Shown piece by piece: positions 35,435 through 43,542 of a stretch of 64,000 nt of DNA; position 1 is the stretch's first letter; every line of letters begins with the position of its first letter. The DNA comes from Candidatus Saccharimonadota bacterium. Lineage in GTDB: Bacteria; Patescibacteriota; Saccharimonadia; Saccharimonadales; UBA10212. Location of the stretch: positions 45,883-109,882 of the forward strand of contig JACDFN010000001.1 in NCBI GenBank assembly GCA_013815775.1. Reading direction: 5' to 3'. The notes under the pieces are model-generated. The model was not told the DNA's origin and did no database searches. It worked only from the letters and a program-made list of their open reading frames with translations. Made by a program: the position numbers and the translations under genes.

Positions 35435-36589
35435 GTGGCTACCACCAACAAAGATAAGGAGCCAACTGCCAAGGACTTCGCCGTTAAGGTGGTAAAAAGC
35501 AAAGTTCTGACTTGGGCGTTGGGGCTGATAGGGGCGTCCGCTATCCCCTTGCTCCTCGCCCTACTGCTTGTGGTGGCGGTATTCGCCGCTTTAGCGGCTT
35601 CGTCGTCTACCAACACCGGTGGAACGCCCAGTTCACTGGCTCAGGAGCTAATCCCTCCGGAAATGCTGGCTCTGTACCAATCCGACTCGGTAAAGAGCCA
35701 GTGTCCTGGTCTGTCATGGACCATCGTGGCGGCCATCATCCACCTAGAGTCGAACGATGGTCGCAACAAGGCTGTTTCCTCTGCTGGAGCGAGAGGGCCA
35801 AGCCAGTTCCTCCCAACCACCTGGGATTCACAGGGACGGTTGGTTGTAGACGTTGGGATGCCGTACGGCAAGATCCCCGACGGTGCCGGCTACGGTCTGG
35901 ACGGCGACGGGGACGGCTTGGCCGACATCGAAAATCCGTACGATTCAGTGCCAGCAACTGCCCGGTTGTTGTGTGCGAATGGAGGCGGAGAAGAGAGTAC
36001 CCTCCCCAACGCCATCTACTCGTATAACCGTGCTTGGTGGTACGTTTACGGCGGGACTTCAGACAGCGGTACTCCGTTTGAAGGGGTCATACCGCTGGCC
36101 GCTCGTTTAGGGTCCACTTTCCTAACCGATGGTGGTCTGGCTGGTTCAGGCAAGAGAGTCACATACGATGGCCGGCCCAACTGGCTCGAAGCTGTACCAA
36201 GCACGAACTATGTCTGCGACTATCGCATAGTCGCAGATGTGCAAAGGCTGATACAGATGGGCCTGACGGTCACTGCGTGTTACGCTCTTTCCGGGCACGC
36301 TACCGATGGAGAACATCCACTGGGACTGGCGATTGATGCCGTTCCTGTAGACGGTAACTGGGACAGAACCTTGGCGGTTGCAGAAGCCGTTGGCTGGAGG
36401 CCGTCGTGCGCTTCTAGCGGCTGTGCCAGCCAAATGCCTTCACCGTTCCGGTTCGTTGGGTACAACGGTTACCCAGGACACGGTGATCCGTGGAACTGTC
36501 TTTGTGGCAATGATGCTCACATTCACCTCTCGTGGATGCATGCACCCTCGTTTCCAGGTATTCCAGCAGCCTGGGTCGAAGTGATGTAG
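35435..36589 (+). CDS. Bifunctional cell-wall hydrolase: lytic transglycosylase (SLT) domain plus LAS-type metallopeptidase domain
   Basis: N-terminal TM helix. SLT motifs: IIHLESNDG (catalytic Glu-Ser) and GPSQFLPTTW. C-terminal SGHATDGEHPLGLAIDA (Hx..D) and DAHIHLSW (HxH). Confidence 0.75.
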   Translation: MATTNKDKEPTAKDFAVKVVKSKVLTWALGLIGASAIPLLLALLLVVAVFAALAASSSTNTGGTPSSLAQELIPPEMLALYQSDSVKSQCPGLSWTIVAAIIHLESNDGRNKAVSSAGARGPSQFLPTTWDSQGRLVVDVGMPYGKIPDGAGYGLDGDGDGLADIENPYDSVPATARLLCANGGGEESTLPNAIYSYNRAWWYVYGGTSDSGTPFEGVIPLAARLGSTFLTDGGLAGSGKRVTYDGRPNWLEAVPSTNYVCDYRIVADVQRLIQMGLTVTACYALSGHATDGEHPLGLAIDAVPVDGNWDRTLAVAEAVGWRPSCASSGCASQMPSPFRFVGYNGYPGHGDPWNCLCGNDAHIHLSWMHAPSFPGIPAAWVEVM

Positions 36590-36640
36590 AGCATGAAGTG
36601 CAAGGCCTGCTTTAACCCAGCTCGCCTTGCTAACTACAAT

Positions 36641-36675
36641 CCGCCACCAGGCACTAACGAAGTGCCTGGTGGCGG
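36641..36675 (+). terminator. Strong stem-loop at the end of the GC-rich block
   Basis: CCGCCACCAGGCACT-aacga-AGTGCCTGGTGGCGG, a 15-bp perfect stem. A T-rich stretch follows after a few nt. Confidence 0.6.
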
Positions 36676-36933
36676 CAAGAAAGGATAGATTTTTGGTCAA
36701 AAAACTACACCTTAAGCGTTGCTGACCAGGAGTCGGGCTAAAAAGTTTTTGTGCCAAAGTGCATAAGGACTAGCAGGCAACGACGCCTCGCCCTAGACTC
36801 GAAAAAGGTTTGCCGGATTTCCTAAAAAAATCCGGATAGTAACCCAAGCTCTTAAGTATCTTAAGATTTTAGGTAACTGATTAGTGCGTAAAAGTACGGT
36901 TCCCGCCAATGCTGTGCTCGGCCAGTATAGCTT

Positions 36934-37743
36934 CTAAATAAGTCCCAATCGCTTTAGCATGGCATCGCGCCGGTCTGGGGTTGAGGCGTACAATGCAGTA
37001 AATTCTTGAACTCTTTCAACATCGCTTTCACTAAACTCATCTCCTAAGATTGCACGCTCAGCTTCTCTATATACATATTTATCCATTGCCGATCTCATTC
37101 TTTGGGCAACTTCTGGCGAGGAACTGCATAAATCGATGGTTTTAGAGGCTTTGTTGAAGTTTGGTCTAGTATCACCTCTACCTAGTGCATGTCTTTCGGC
37201 TTCTATAAATACGTACCAGTCAATTGCTTGGTACATTTCAGCAGCCATACCTCCACCAACATAAGTTCGTATGTGCTCTAGGGACATAGGAAGATTAGGA
37301 TCTACCTCATCCTTGCCCTTGGCATGCTCTTCGGCAGCTTGAAATACCGGCAATTGTCGAAGCTTCAGAATTCTTTCCTTCTCTAAATTAACAAAGAAAG
37401 TTTCGTGCTCCCAGTTTTCAGCATCTGGCTGGTATTCAGCAGTATCGTTTGAATCCGCTACCACATCTGCTTTTGAAATAATCTCGCCTGGTTCTAGTTT
37501 ATGAATGAGTTCTTCAATTTCCTCGAACTCATTATTTGGTAATTCAATACCTTGCAAGTCTTTAAGATATTGTCCCAGAGCGTCCCTCCACTGTCGTCTT
37601 TGAATAGGATCCTCGGCATACCGTCCCTTAACCTCCATGTATTCAGCAATTTCGATTGGTCTTAAATAAGTTTGGTTGATTGCTATTTCGGAGGCGTACT
37701 CATAATCGCTGCAAGTTATGCCATTGGCCAAGGCGTGCAGCAT
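36934..37743 (-). CDS. Hypothetical protein with an internal duplicated motif
   Basis: AIDWYVFIEAERHALGRGD and AMDKYVYREAERAILGDE are clear internal repeats. No family was recognised. Confidence 0.5.
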   Translation of the reverse strand: MLHALANGITCSDYEYASEIAINQTYLRPIEIAEYMEVKGRYAEDPIQRRQWRDALGQYLKDLQGIELPNNEFEEIEELIHKLEPGEIISKADVVADSNDTAEYQPDAENWEHETFFVNLEKERILKLRQLPVFQAAEEHAKGKDEVDPNLPMSLEHIRTYVGGGMAAEMYQAIDWYVFIEAERHALGRGDTRPNFNKASKTIDLCSSSPEVAQRMRSAMDKYVYREAERAILGDEFSESDVERVQEFTALYASTPDRRDAMLKRLGLI

Positions 37744-37918
37744 TTGCTGTCGCCCAACATTCTCTTCATCTTGAGTCCGGGGAAGGGATTCTATAGAATT
37801 AACACCTGTAAAATTTAACTTTTAACTTACCACCAAATAGTATAACAAGTTTGTCCAGCAAAACTATACAGAATCAATAACACGCTTTTGGATGCTAATT
37901 TTTATCAACCCTAAAGTA

Positions 37919-38686
37919 CTAACTTTCTGGTGTAGGTTTTTTTAAAATTTCTTCGATGCTAGAGCCCCAAAATACTCCCTTTGCTTCGTCTAATAACCGC
38001 TCTTTAGCTTCAAGATCAATACTCTCGTCCATATAGCCCCTATTAAAAAGCCACCGATTCATAGCATAAAACTGCTCTTTAATTTTTTTATAATTTGCTT
38101 TAACTGGTTGGCTTTCGGCTTTATATACTACATACTCATCAAGTAATTGCTCTGGAAGATTATTTTGGAGCATGGCGTTACCAATTGAACTGCCAGCCGG
38201 TCTAATACTTAAGTCAATTTCGACTGGTCCATCAATTCCGGGTGCTTCCAAGTCAAGATGATGCAATACAGCAAACTGTTGGTGTTCACCTCTTCCCGCA
38301 GGTTGGTCTTTTTCGTAGGGTACTAGAGGGGAAATTTTATCTGATAAATCTCGAATGTCTTTTTCTGTTGCCTGGGAATCTGGGAGCAACAATCTTAGGT
38401 CGATATCGTTGTTTCCCCTAAGCGCTGTTCCTGAGACTAAAGACCCGCCAAGTCTTACTATTGCTCCGTCGGGCAATAAAGCTTTAAGCTTTTGGGAATA
38501 TTCGGTTGCTATTCCTATAAGCTTGTCCTGATTGGGATTTCGTTGGGCGTCCGCTCTTTCTTTTATGCCAGCTGGATCTAACGACTCAGAATGACCATTT
38601 CCAAACATGTCTTCTTCAGCGAAACGATTAAAATCGTATTCACTACGTAGTTCAGCGCCAGCATCCAGATTAGGTATCTTTCTCAT
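37919..38686 (-). CDS. Pol-beta-superfamily nucleotidyltransferase
   Basis: LGGSLVSGTALRGNNDIDLRLLL is the hG[GS]x9-13DxD signature and resembles OAS/CD-NTase-type GS..GT..DxD. A third acidic residue is a candidate in VEIDLSI. Confidence 0.6.
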   Translation of the reverse strand: MRKIPNLDAGAELRSEYDFNRFAEEDMFGNGHSESLDPAGIKERADAQRNPNQDKLIGIATEYSQKLKALLPDGAIVRLGGSLVSGTALRGNNDIDLRLLLPDSQATEKDIRDLSDKISPLVPYEKDQPAGRGEHQQFAVLHHLDLEAPGIDGPVEIDLSIRPAGSSIGNAMLQNNLPEQLLDEYVVYKAESQPVKANYKKIKEQFYAMNRWLFNRGYMDESIDLEAKERLLDEAKGVFWGSSIEEILKKPTPES

Positions 38687-38775
38687 GCACTCTTTATAGT
38701 AACAAAATTATGTTTTTGCCTCTTGTTCCTCGACCTTTGAGAGGAAATGACGAAGATGGTCTGCGACTGTTTTAA

Positions 38776-38801
38776 ATAATACTTAACATGTTAAGTATTA
38801 T
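38776..38801. repeat. Perfect 26-bp palindrome ATAATACTTAACATGTTAAGTATTAT (copy 2)
   Basis: Read directly. It lies in a divergent intergenic region, 58 nt upstream of the ATG at 38859. Confidence 0.9.
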
Positions 38802-38858
38802 CACTAAGTGATGCTTTTGAAGTGTTATAATAAGTTAAGTTCTAAACAACTTCTTTCT

Positions 38859-40280
38859 ATGAAAACTTTTCGGGAAACGGTCAAACCTTCTGACCTATCT
38901 CTGCTACGACAGAGAATTGTCGGTATTAATACAAAAGTGCCGCTGTTTAACGGTACATTGAGCCCTTACATTTTTTTGGACAATGCTGCCAGCACTCCAG
39001 TTCTAACGGATGTTCTTGATACAGTCAATGATTTCATGCCATGGTACAGCTCGGTGCACCGGGGCAGTGGTCTTAAAAGCAGGATAGCTACTGAGGCATA
39101 TGAACAAGCCAGAAGCACTGTAGCCGAGTTTTTTGGAGCTAACAATTCAGACCATCTGGTTATTTTTGGTAAAAATACAACCGAGGCCATAAACAAGCTT
39201 TCCTATAGGCTGCAACTATCCAAGAAGGACGTAGTACTTATCAGCCTTCTGGAGCATCACAGCAATGACTTGCCATGGCGCCAAGTAGCCCAAGTACGTC
39301 GTATCAAAGTTGACCATGAGGGCAACTTGATTGAAGAAGACTTGGAGCGTCTTCTTGAGAAATTCAAGGGCCGGGTAAAGCTGGTTGCCATAAGCGGGGG
39401 CAGCAATGTTACTGGATACATTCCCGATATCTACGGGATTGCCAAAAAGGTCCATGCCGCCGGTGCGCGAATTTTGGTTGACTGCGCCCAGCTAGCGCCT
39501 CACCGCCGCGTCCAGATGAAGGAACTTGATGATCCCGAACATTTGGATTACATCGCTGTTTCGGCGCACAAAATGTACGCACCTTTTGGCACCGGGGCAC
39601 TGATTGGGCGCAGAGATACTTTTGAGTCCGGTATTCCGGAACTTTGTGGAGGGGGTACGATTGATGTTGTCACTACCAAACAGGTAGAGTGGACGGCTCC
39701 ACCGGATCGCGAAGAAGCCGGGACTCCAAATATCGTAGGGGCTGTCGCGTTCGCTAAAGCTCTTAAATTATTATCAAGCGCCGGCATGGATAAAATCGCC
39801 GCTCATGAAGCTGAACTAACAGGTTACGCATTGGAGAAACTCAATAAAATAACCGGCTTAACTGTATTTGGGGACACGGATCCTAGCCTTGCCTCTAGCC
39901 GGCTTGGCGTCATACCTTTTAAGGTTAATAAAATGCCCCATGGGCTAGTCGGTGAAATCTTAAGTACCGAGTGGGGGATAGGTGTGCGCAGTGGCTGCTT
40001 TTGCGCCCATCCGTACGTTACACATTTACTCGACGTTTCAAGACAAGGACTCGAAAGATTTCGAACCGAGGTATTAGACGGAGATCGCAGTAATATGCCC
40101 GGTGTAGCTAGAGTCAGTTTTGGAATGTATAACACTAAAGCAGAAATAGATGTACTAGCAGAAGCATTGAATAAAATCACCACCGGAGAATATGAGGGAA
40201 CATACCGGCAGGAAAAGTCTACCGGAAATTTCTACGCCCTTGGTTGGGAGCCGGACTTGAGTCGTTTCTTTAAACTGTAG
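38859..40280 (+). CDS. Class V aminotransferase-fold PLP enzyme (cysteine desulfurase-like)
   Basis: AVSAHKMYAPFGTGALIG (PLP-lysine SxHK) and a C-terminal RSGCFCAHPY. The ORF is open from 38808; the ATG at 38859 is preferred. Confidence 0.8.
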   Translation: MKTFRETVKPSDLSLLRQRIVGINTKVPLFNGTLSPYIFLDNAASTPVLTDVLDTVNDFMPWYSSVHRGSGLKSRIATEAYEQARSTVAEFFGANNSDHLVIFGKNTTEAINKLSYRLQLSKKDVVLISLLEHHSNDLPWRQVAQVRRIKVDHEGNLIEEDLERLLEKFKGRVKLVAISGGSNVTGYIPDIYGIAKKVHAAGARILVDCAQLAPHRRVQMKELDDPEHLDYIAVSAHKMYAPFGTGALIGRRDTFESGIPELCGGGTIDVVTTKQVEWTAPPDREEAGTPNIVGAVAFAKALKLLSSAGMDKIAAHEAELTGYALEKLNKITGLTVFGDTDPSLASSRLGVIPFKVNKMPHGLVGEILSTEWGIGVRSGCFCAHPYVTHLLDVSRQGLERFRTEVLDGDRSNMPGVARVSFGMYNTKAEIDVLAEALNKITTGEYEGTYRQEKSTGNFYALGWEPDLSRFFKL

Positions 40281-40412
40281 AGGTTATTTGACTATAAGTA
40301 CTAGAATGTTGGTACACAAATAACTAGCGCTTAAGGTCTTGTTTTTTTTAGCTGACCTAGCCAGAACGATGGAGCCCGGGATTTCTTCCCTGACCAATTC
40401 ACTCACCTAAGA

Positions 40413-40865
40413 TTAAAACTTGGCTATCTCGATTTTCTTCATTTGCATCAAATTGGCAAATGAGTTTGGCTTTTTCATTAGTTCTTCTATGTTTGCTGGG
40501 ACGACTTGCCAGCTTAGGCCAAACTGATCTTTGCACCAACCGCATTGTTCGGACTCCGGCACAGTCGAGAGTTTCCCCCAGTAGAAGTCGATTTCGTCTT
40601 GGTCTTTGCAAGCAATAGAAAATGACACAGCTTCGTTAAATTTAAATTCTGGGCCGGCATTGATGGCAGTAAAACGCAGGCCAGCTAATTCGAATTCGAT
40701 AGTTAGCACCTTGCCAGCTAGGCTCTTCTGGAAATCGGCTAAGCCTTCAGTAGGGTAATGCGAGGTGGAAATAACTTTACTGTCCGGGAACACTGATGTA
40801 TAGAACTCGACGGCCTCTTCGGCGTTACCATTGAACCAAAGGTTTGGCGTAATTTTTTGTTGCAC
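40413..40865 (-). CDS. VOC/glyoxalase-fold protein (PhnB / 3-demethylubiquinone-methyltransferase-domain family)
   Basis: MQQKITPNLWFNGNAEEAVEFYTSVFPDSKV and CGWCKDQFGLSWQV are typical of this family. Confidence 0.7.
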   Translation of the reverse strand: MQQKITPNLWFNGNAEEAVEFYTSVFPDSKVISTSHYPTEGLADFQKSLAGKVLTIEFELAGLRFTAINAGPEFKFNEAVSFSIACKDQDEIDFYWGKLSTVPESEQCGWCKDQFGLSWQVVPANIEELMKKPNSFANLMQMKKIEIAKF

Positions 40866-40986
40866 GGCGTCTCCCCATTATCTTTTACGTGCACTTAATT
40901 ATTTCACAAAACAAAAAACTTCTTGTATGAATAATTACCCGTTTCCTCTAAGGAACGCATTTCGAAAGAAAGATATAAAGGAGGAG

Positions 40987-41250
40987 CTACGCTTGTTTAA
41001 AACGATGAAGGCATCCGGCCCAACAACAAGGGCGACGCTTTCCGGCTAAAAGCTCCTCAACCGTTCGCTTAACGTGTTCGCTCCTGGTCTCTGATTTCTT
41101 GACTGAAACAACCCAGCAAATCCACTCATTGCGTGCAAGCGGCGTAATATCCTCCCACGCAACTCGTACAGCGGGTGCTGAAGTAAGGGCTTTTCGTAAA
41201 TCTGATGGTACTTTATGCACCACACCATTGGAGATTTCTTTTTTGGTCAC
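40987..41250 (-). CDS. YdeI/OmdA-family small protein
   Basis: VPSDLRKAL..AWEDITPLARNEWICWV..KKSETR fits the family pattern. Confidence 0.6.
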   Translation of the reverse strand: MTKKEISNGVVHKVPSDLRKALTSAPAVRVAWEDITPLARNEWICWVVSVKKSETRSEHVKRTVEELLAGKRRPCCWAGCLHRFKQA

Positions 41251-41326
41251 AATTATATTTTACACCGCTATATTTTCAACTCAACAACCGCTAGTGTGAA
41301 AATACCCACGTAAGAACTCATCTTTT

Positions 41327-41346
41327 CATGGCTCCGGGGACTGGAT
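41327..41346. repeat. Direct repeat identical to the 3' end of tRNA-Asn (att-like site, distal copy)
   Basis: CATGGCTCCGGGGACTGGAT is identical over 20 nt to 43259-43278. Confidence 0.85.
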
Positions 41347-41720
41347 GGTTGCTAATGCAACACGCACTCGCCATGCTCGAAGCTAGCTTCTGCGCGTGGC
41401 TCATTGGCGTCCGTCCCAGCGACTATCGCCAGCAAAGCTGTCGAGTCACTGAACCGACTCAGCCCAAAAACAATGGGCGAGGCAATGATCATAAAAATCA
41501 TTTTCTCGCCCATGGCTCACACTAGCAGACGAGTTGCGAACTGCTTGTGTTGACTTTGATGTACGTAAATTACAAATAATTAAGGAAGTTTTGGTATAAA
41601 CTATTGGTGCTGTAGAAGGACTTACTCATATTGCTGTATTTTGTATGCGTCTTGACTCTCCGTAGTGTAGGACGCTCGAACAATTACGGCAAAATAATAG
41701 TTTTTATTGCAATGAAATAA

Positions 41721-42428
41721 CTATTCTCGAACAGGCTTAAATAGTAGGTATCCTATAATCCAAAATTCTCCAATTGTAGCTGGGATAACAAGAAGGTCGG
41801 CAAAGTTTGTTTGTTCGGGGAGAATTATTAAAATAAAAGTTGTTAGCATGTAACCAATACCACCTGCAATCAAAAACCAACCAAGCGCTTTCGGCATTTC
41901 AGCTTTTATAACCATCGCGCCCATCGGTATAAGCCATAGCCCAAAGAAAAGATTGCCCATTTTCCAAATATTCTCGTGGACATCAAACAAAGTTTGAGTT
42001 ATCTCTGGTTGCCCAGCAAGTGCTGCATTCAGGGCCCCGAACCACATTGCAGACGAAATAAGGATAATAACTGCGTTAACCATTCCGAATACAGCAATCA
42101 AGCCCGCTACAAATGAATCTCGTTTTCTAAAGAGCTTGAAAAACCAAACTGCAGCAAGTGCCTGAAACCCAACAAGTGCAACTTCAGAAGCAATACCCCA
42201 GCGTGCGAGTGTCTCTTTTTCTACCAAGTTGCTTGCTGTTTTTAGAGAATCACCATCAATGTATAGGTTTTCGCGTGCGAATAAGAACGAGAAGAAACCC
42301 ATAAGAGCTAGTCCCAAGTAGAACAGTGCTGTAGTTTGCGCTGTGCTAAATTTTAGTTTCATAATTTGCAATTTACCCCCTGTGTATATGACCCACTCGA
42401 TTAGCTTATTCTGACTAAACGATAACAT
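41721..42428 (-). CDS. DUF4386-like polytopic membrane protein
   Basis: Six hydrophobic helices; the pattern WGIASEVALVGFQALAAVWFFKLF. The likely start is the internal MKLKFS. Confidence 0.5.
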   Translation of the reverse strand: MLSFSQNKLIEWVIYTGGKLQIMKLKFSTAQTTALFYLGLALMGFFSFLFARENLYIDGDSLKTASNLVEKETLARWGIASEVALVGFQALAAVWFFKLFRKRDSFVAGLIAVFGMVNAVIILISSAMWFGALNAALAGQPEITQTLFDVHENIWKMGNLFFGLWLIPMGAMVIKAEMPKALGWFLIAGGIGYMLTTFILIILPEQTNFADLLVIPATIGEFWIIGYLLFKPVRE

Positions 42429-42458
42429 TTACAAATCAAAAACGCTACGTTTCCATAC

Positions 42459-42474
42459 TGGCTCCGGGAACTGG
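42459..42474. repeat. Degenerate direct repeat of the tRNA-Asn 3' end (middle att-like copy)
   Basis: TGGCTCCGGGAACTGG versus TGGCTCCGGGGACTGG: 15 of 16 identical. Confidence 0.7.
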
Positions 42475-42577
42475 TTGAGAGGACCTAAATAATCTATCAG
42501 CCCTGAGCGGGTGATAAGACTATTTAGCTAACTGACCCCTTTGGGGTAATCCAGTTCGAATCTGACTCACAAGTCAT

Positions 42578-42603
42578 AAAAAAAAGACCATCTAGGATGA
42601 TCT
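42578..42603 (-). terminator. Intrinsic terminator of the 182-aa gene
   Basis: Minus strand reads AGATCATC-cta-GATGGTCT followed by TTTTTTTT. Confidence 0.7.
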
Positions 42604-42645
42604 ATTTTATATGGCTCAGCATACAGGTCTTGGACTTTAACCCAC

Positions 42646-43194
42646 TTACAAGGTTGCAAGTTGATTGGCGACGTTTTTCCAGTAGACTTTCCAATTGTCG
42701 GCTTCTGTCTTGCTTGGCACTGCTGTATGCGAAAGAACTAGTTTTGATTTTTTATTATCGCCTTCAACCGTCGCAGCAAACTTGCTTTTGTCACTAAAGT
42801 CACAGCGCCAGTTGCTCCGTTTTGGGGTAGTACTACTGCGTGCCTTCAGCTGCGCGCACCCGTTAAATTCTACTTGCTGTTCTAGCCACTCAGTAACTTG
42901 TAAAAAAACAACATCTCGAGGTTTTGCGATAGTTTTCGATATAGCCAGTTCAAATAATCCGTCAGCCAGCTGACCCGGTACACGTTTACCGATATGCTGT
43001 TCGTACGCTACTGTGATACCCTGTGCCCACCAGCCGTGGTTCTCTACCTTGCCGCCTAGTTCAGCGTACAATTTACGCGCTATCTCAGTATGAGACAGCT
43101 CACTCGAGCCACTATCGTCGAGTTCTTTAACCCACTGTTCCCAAGGTTTTTGCGTGGCTTTTTCGATTGAGGCAATATTCATAGGTTTTGTCAT
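42646..43194 (-). CDS. DUF4287-like N-terminal domain fused to an SRPBCC-like domain; hypothetical
   Basis: SIEKATQKPWEQWVKEL..HTEIARKLY..WWAQGITVAYEQHIG resembles the DUF4287 pattern. The C-terminal half looks like a mixed alpha/beta fold. Confidence 0.45.
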   Translation of the reverse strand: MTKPMNIASIEKATQKPWEQWVKELDDSGSSELSHTEIARKLYAELGGKVENHGWWAQGITVAYEQHIGKRVPGQLADGLFELAISKTIAKPRDVVFLQVTEWLEQQVEFNGCAQLKARSSTTPKRSNWRCDFSDKSKFAATVEGDNKKSKLVLSHTAVPSKTEADNWKVYWKNVANQLATL

Positions 43195-43260
43195 ACTGTT
43201 AATTATATCAAAAATCCAGTAGCGTAATGCCTACTGGATTCTTTGTAAAATATATGCTCA

Positions 43261-43335
43261 TGGCTCCGGGGACTGGATTCGAACCAGCGACCTGGGGATT
43301 AACAGTCCCTCGCTCTACCGCTGAGCTACCCCGGA
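43261..43335 (-). tRNA. tRNA-Asn (anticodon GTT) with encoded CCA
   Basis: The reverse complement folds as TCCGGGG TA GCTC AGCGGTA GAGC G AGGGA CTGTTAA TCCCC AGGTC GCTGG TTCGAAT CCAGT CCCCGGA G CCA. Confidence 0.9.
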
Positions 43336-43542
43336 ATAATACTTGGAGGACACCACTGGTTTCCTCCAACGCTCGGCGAGCAAAGCTCGGCCTCACTACG
43401 CTTGACTAAACCTCGCTGCCACCTTCCTCTTTTTAAGGATGACTGCTCTTTTCCTTATAAATTAAGGAGAACAACAGATTGATTATAGGTGAACGCAGAG
43501 AGGTTAGTCAACGTAGGTAGCGGCACTGTTATACTTAAAATC

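Larger units (their letters stand above)
27400..36800. mobile_element. GC-rich foreign block B: remnant or domesticated Gram-positive/actinobacterial-type T4SS (conjugation-like) gene cluster. No relaxase, coupling protein or integrase was seen. Boundaries are approximate.
   Basis: Hand count of 38/60 G+C at 29341-29400, against 26-29/60 in lines sampled at 25201, 25441 and 8461. Several genes have GTG starts and most have purine-rich AGGAG/GAGAGG-type Shine-Dalgarno sequences. See the individual CDS entries for gene content. Confidence 0.65.

Noticed and set aside
40371-40386. Possible fourth, older att-like remnant (TGGAGCCCGGGATTTC against the tRNA-Asn end TGGCTCCGGGGACTGG). If real, it would extend the tRNA-linked islet to about 40.4 kb.
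   Set aside because: Only about 9-10 of 16 positions match, which is within chance for a GC-rich 16-mer.
41328-41525. A 65-aa plus-strand ORF that starts within the att-like repeat.
   Set aside because: It begins inside the duplicated tRNA 3'-end sequence and has no Shine-Dalgarno sequence or recognisable features. A 53-aa minus-strand alternative exists but is equally unsupported.
42536-42572. tRNA-like fragment on the plus strand (GACCCC-ttt-GGGGT, then CCAGTTCGAATCTGA resembling a T-arm).
   Set aside because: The T-stem is mismatched, the would-be anticodon hairpin has a 3-nt loop, and there is no acceptor or D arm. At most it is a decayed fragment.
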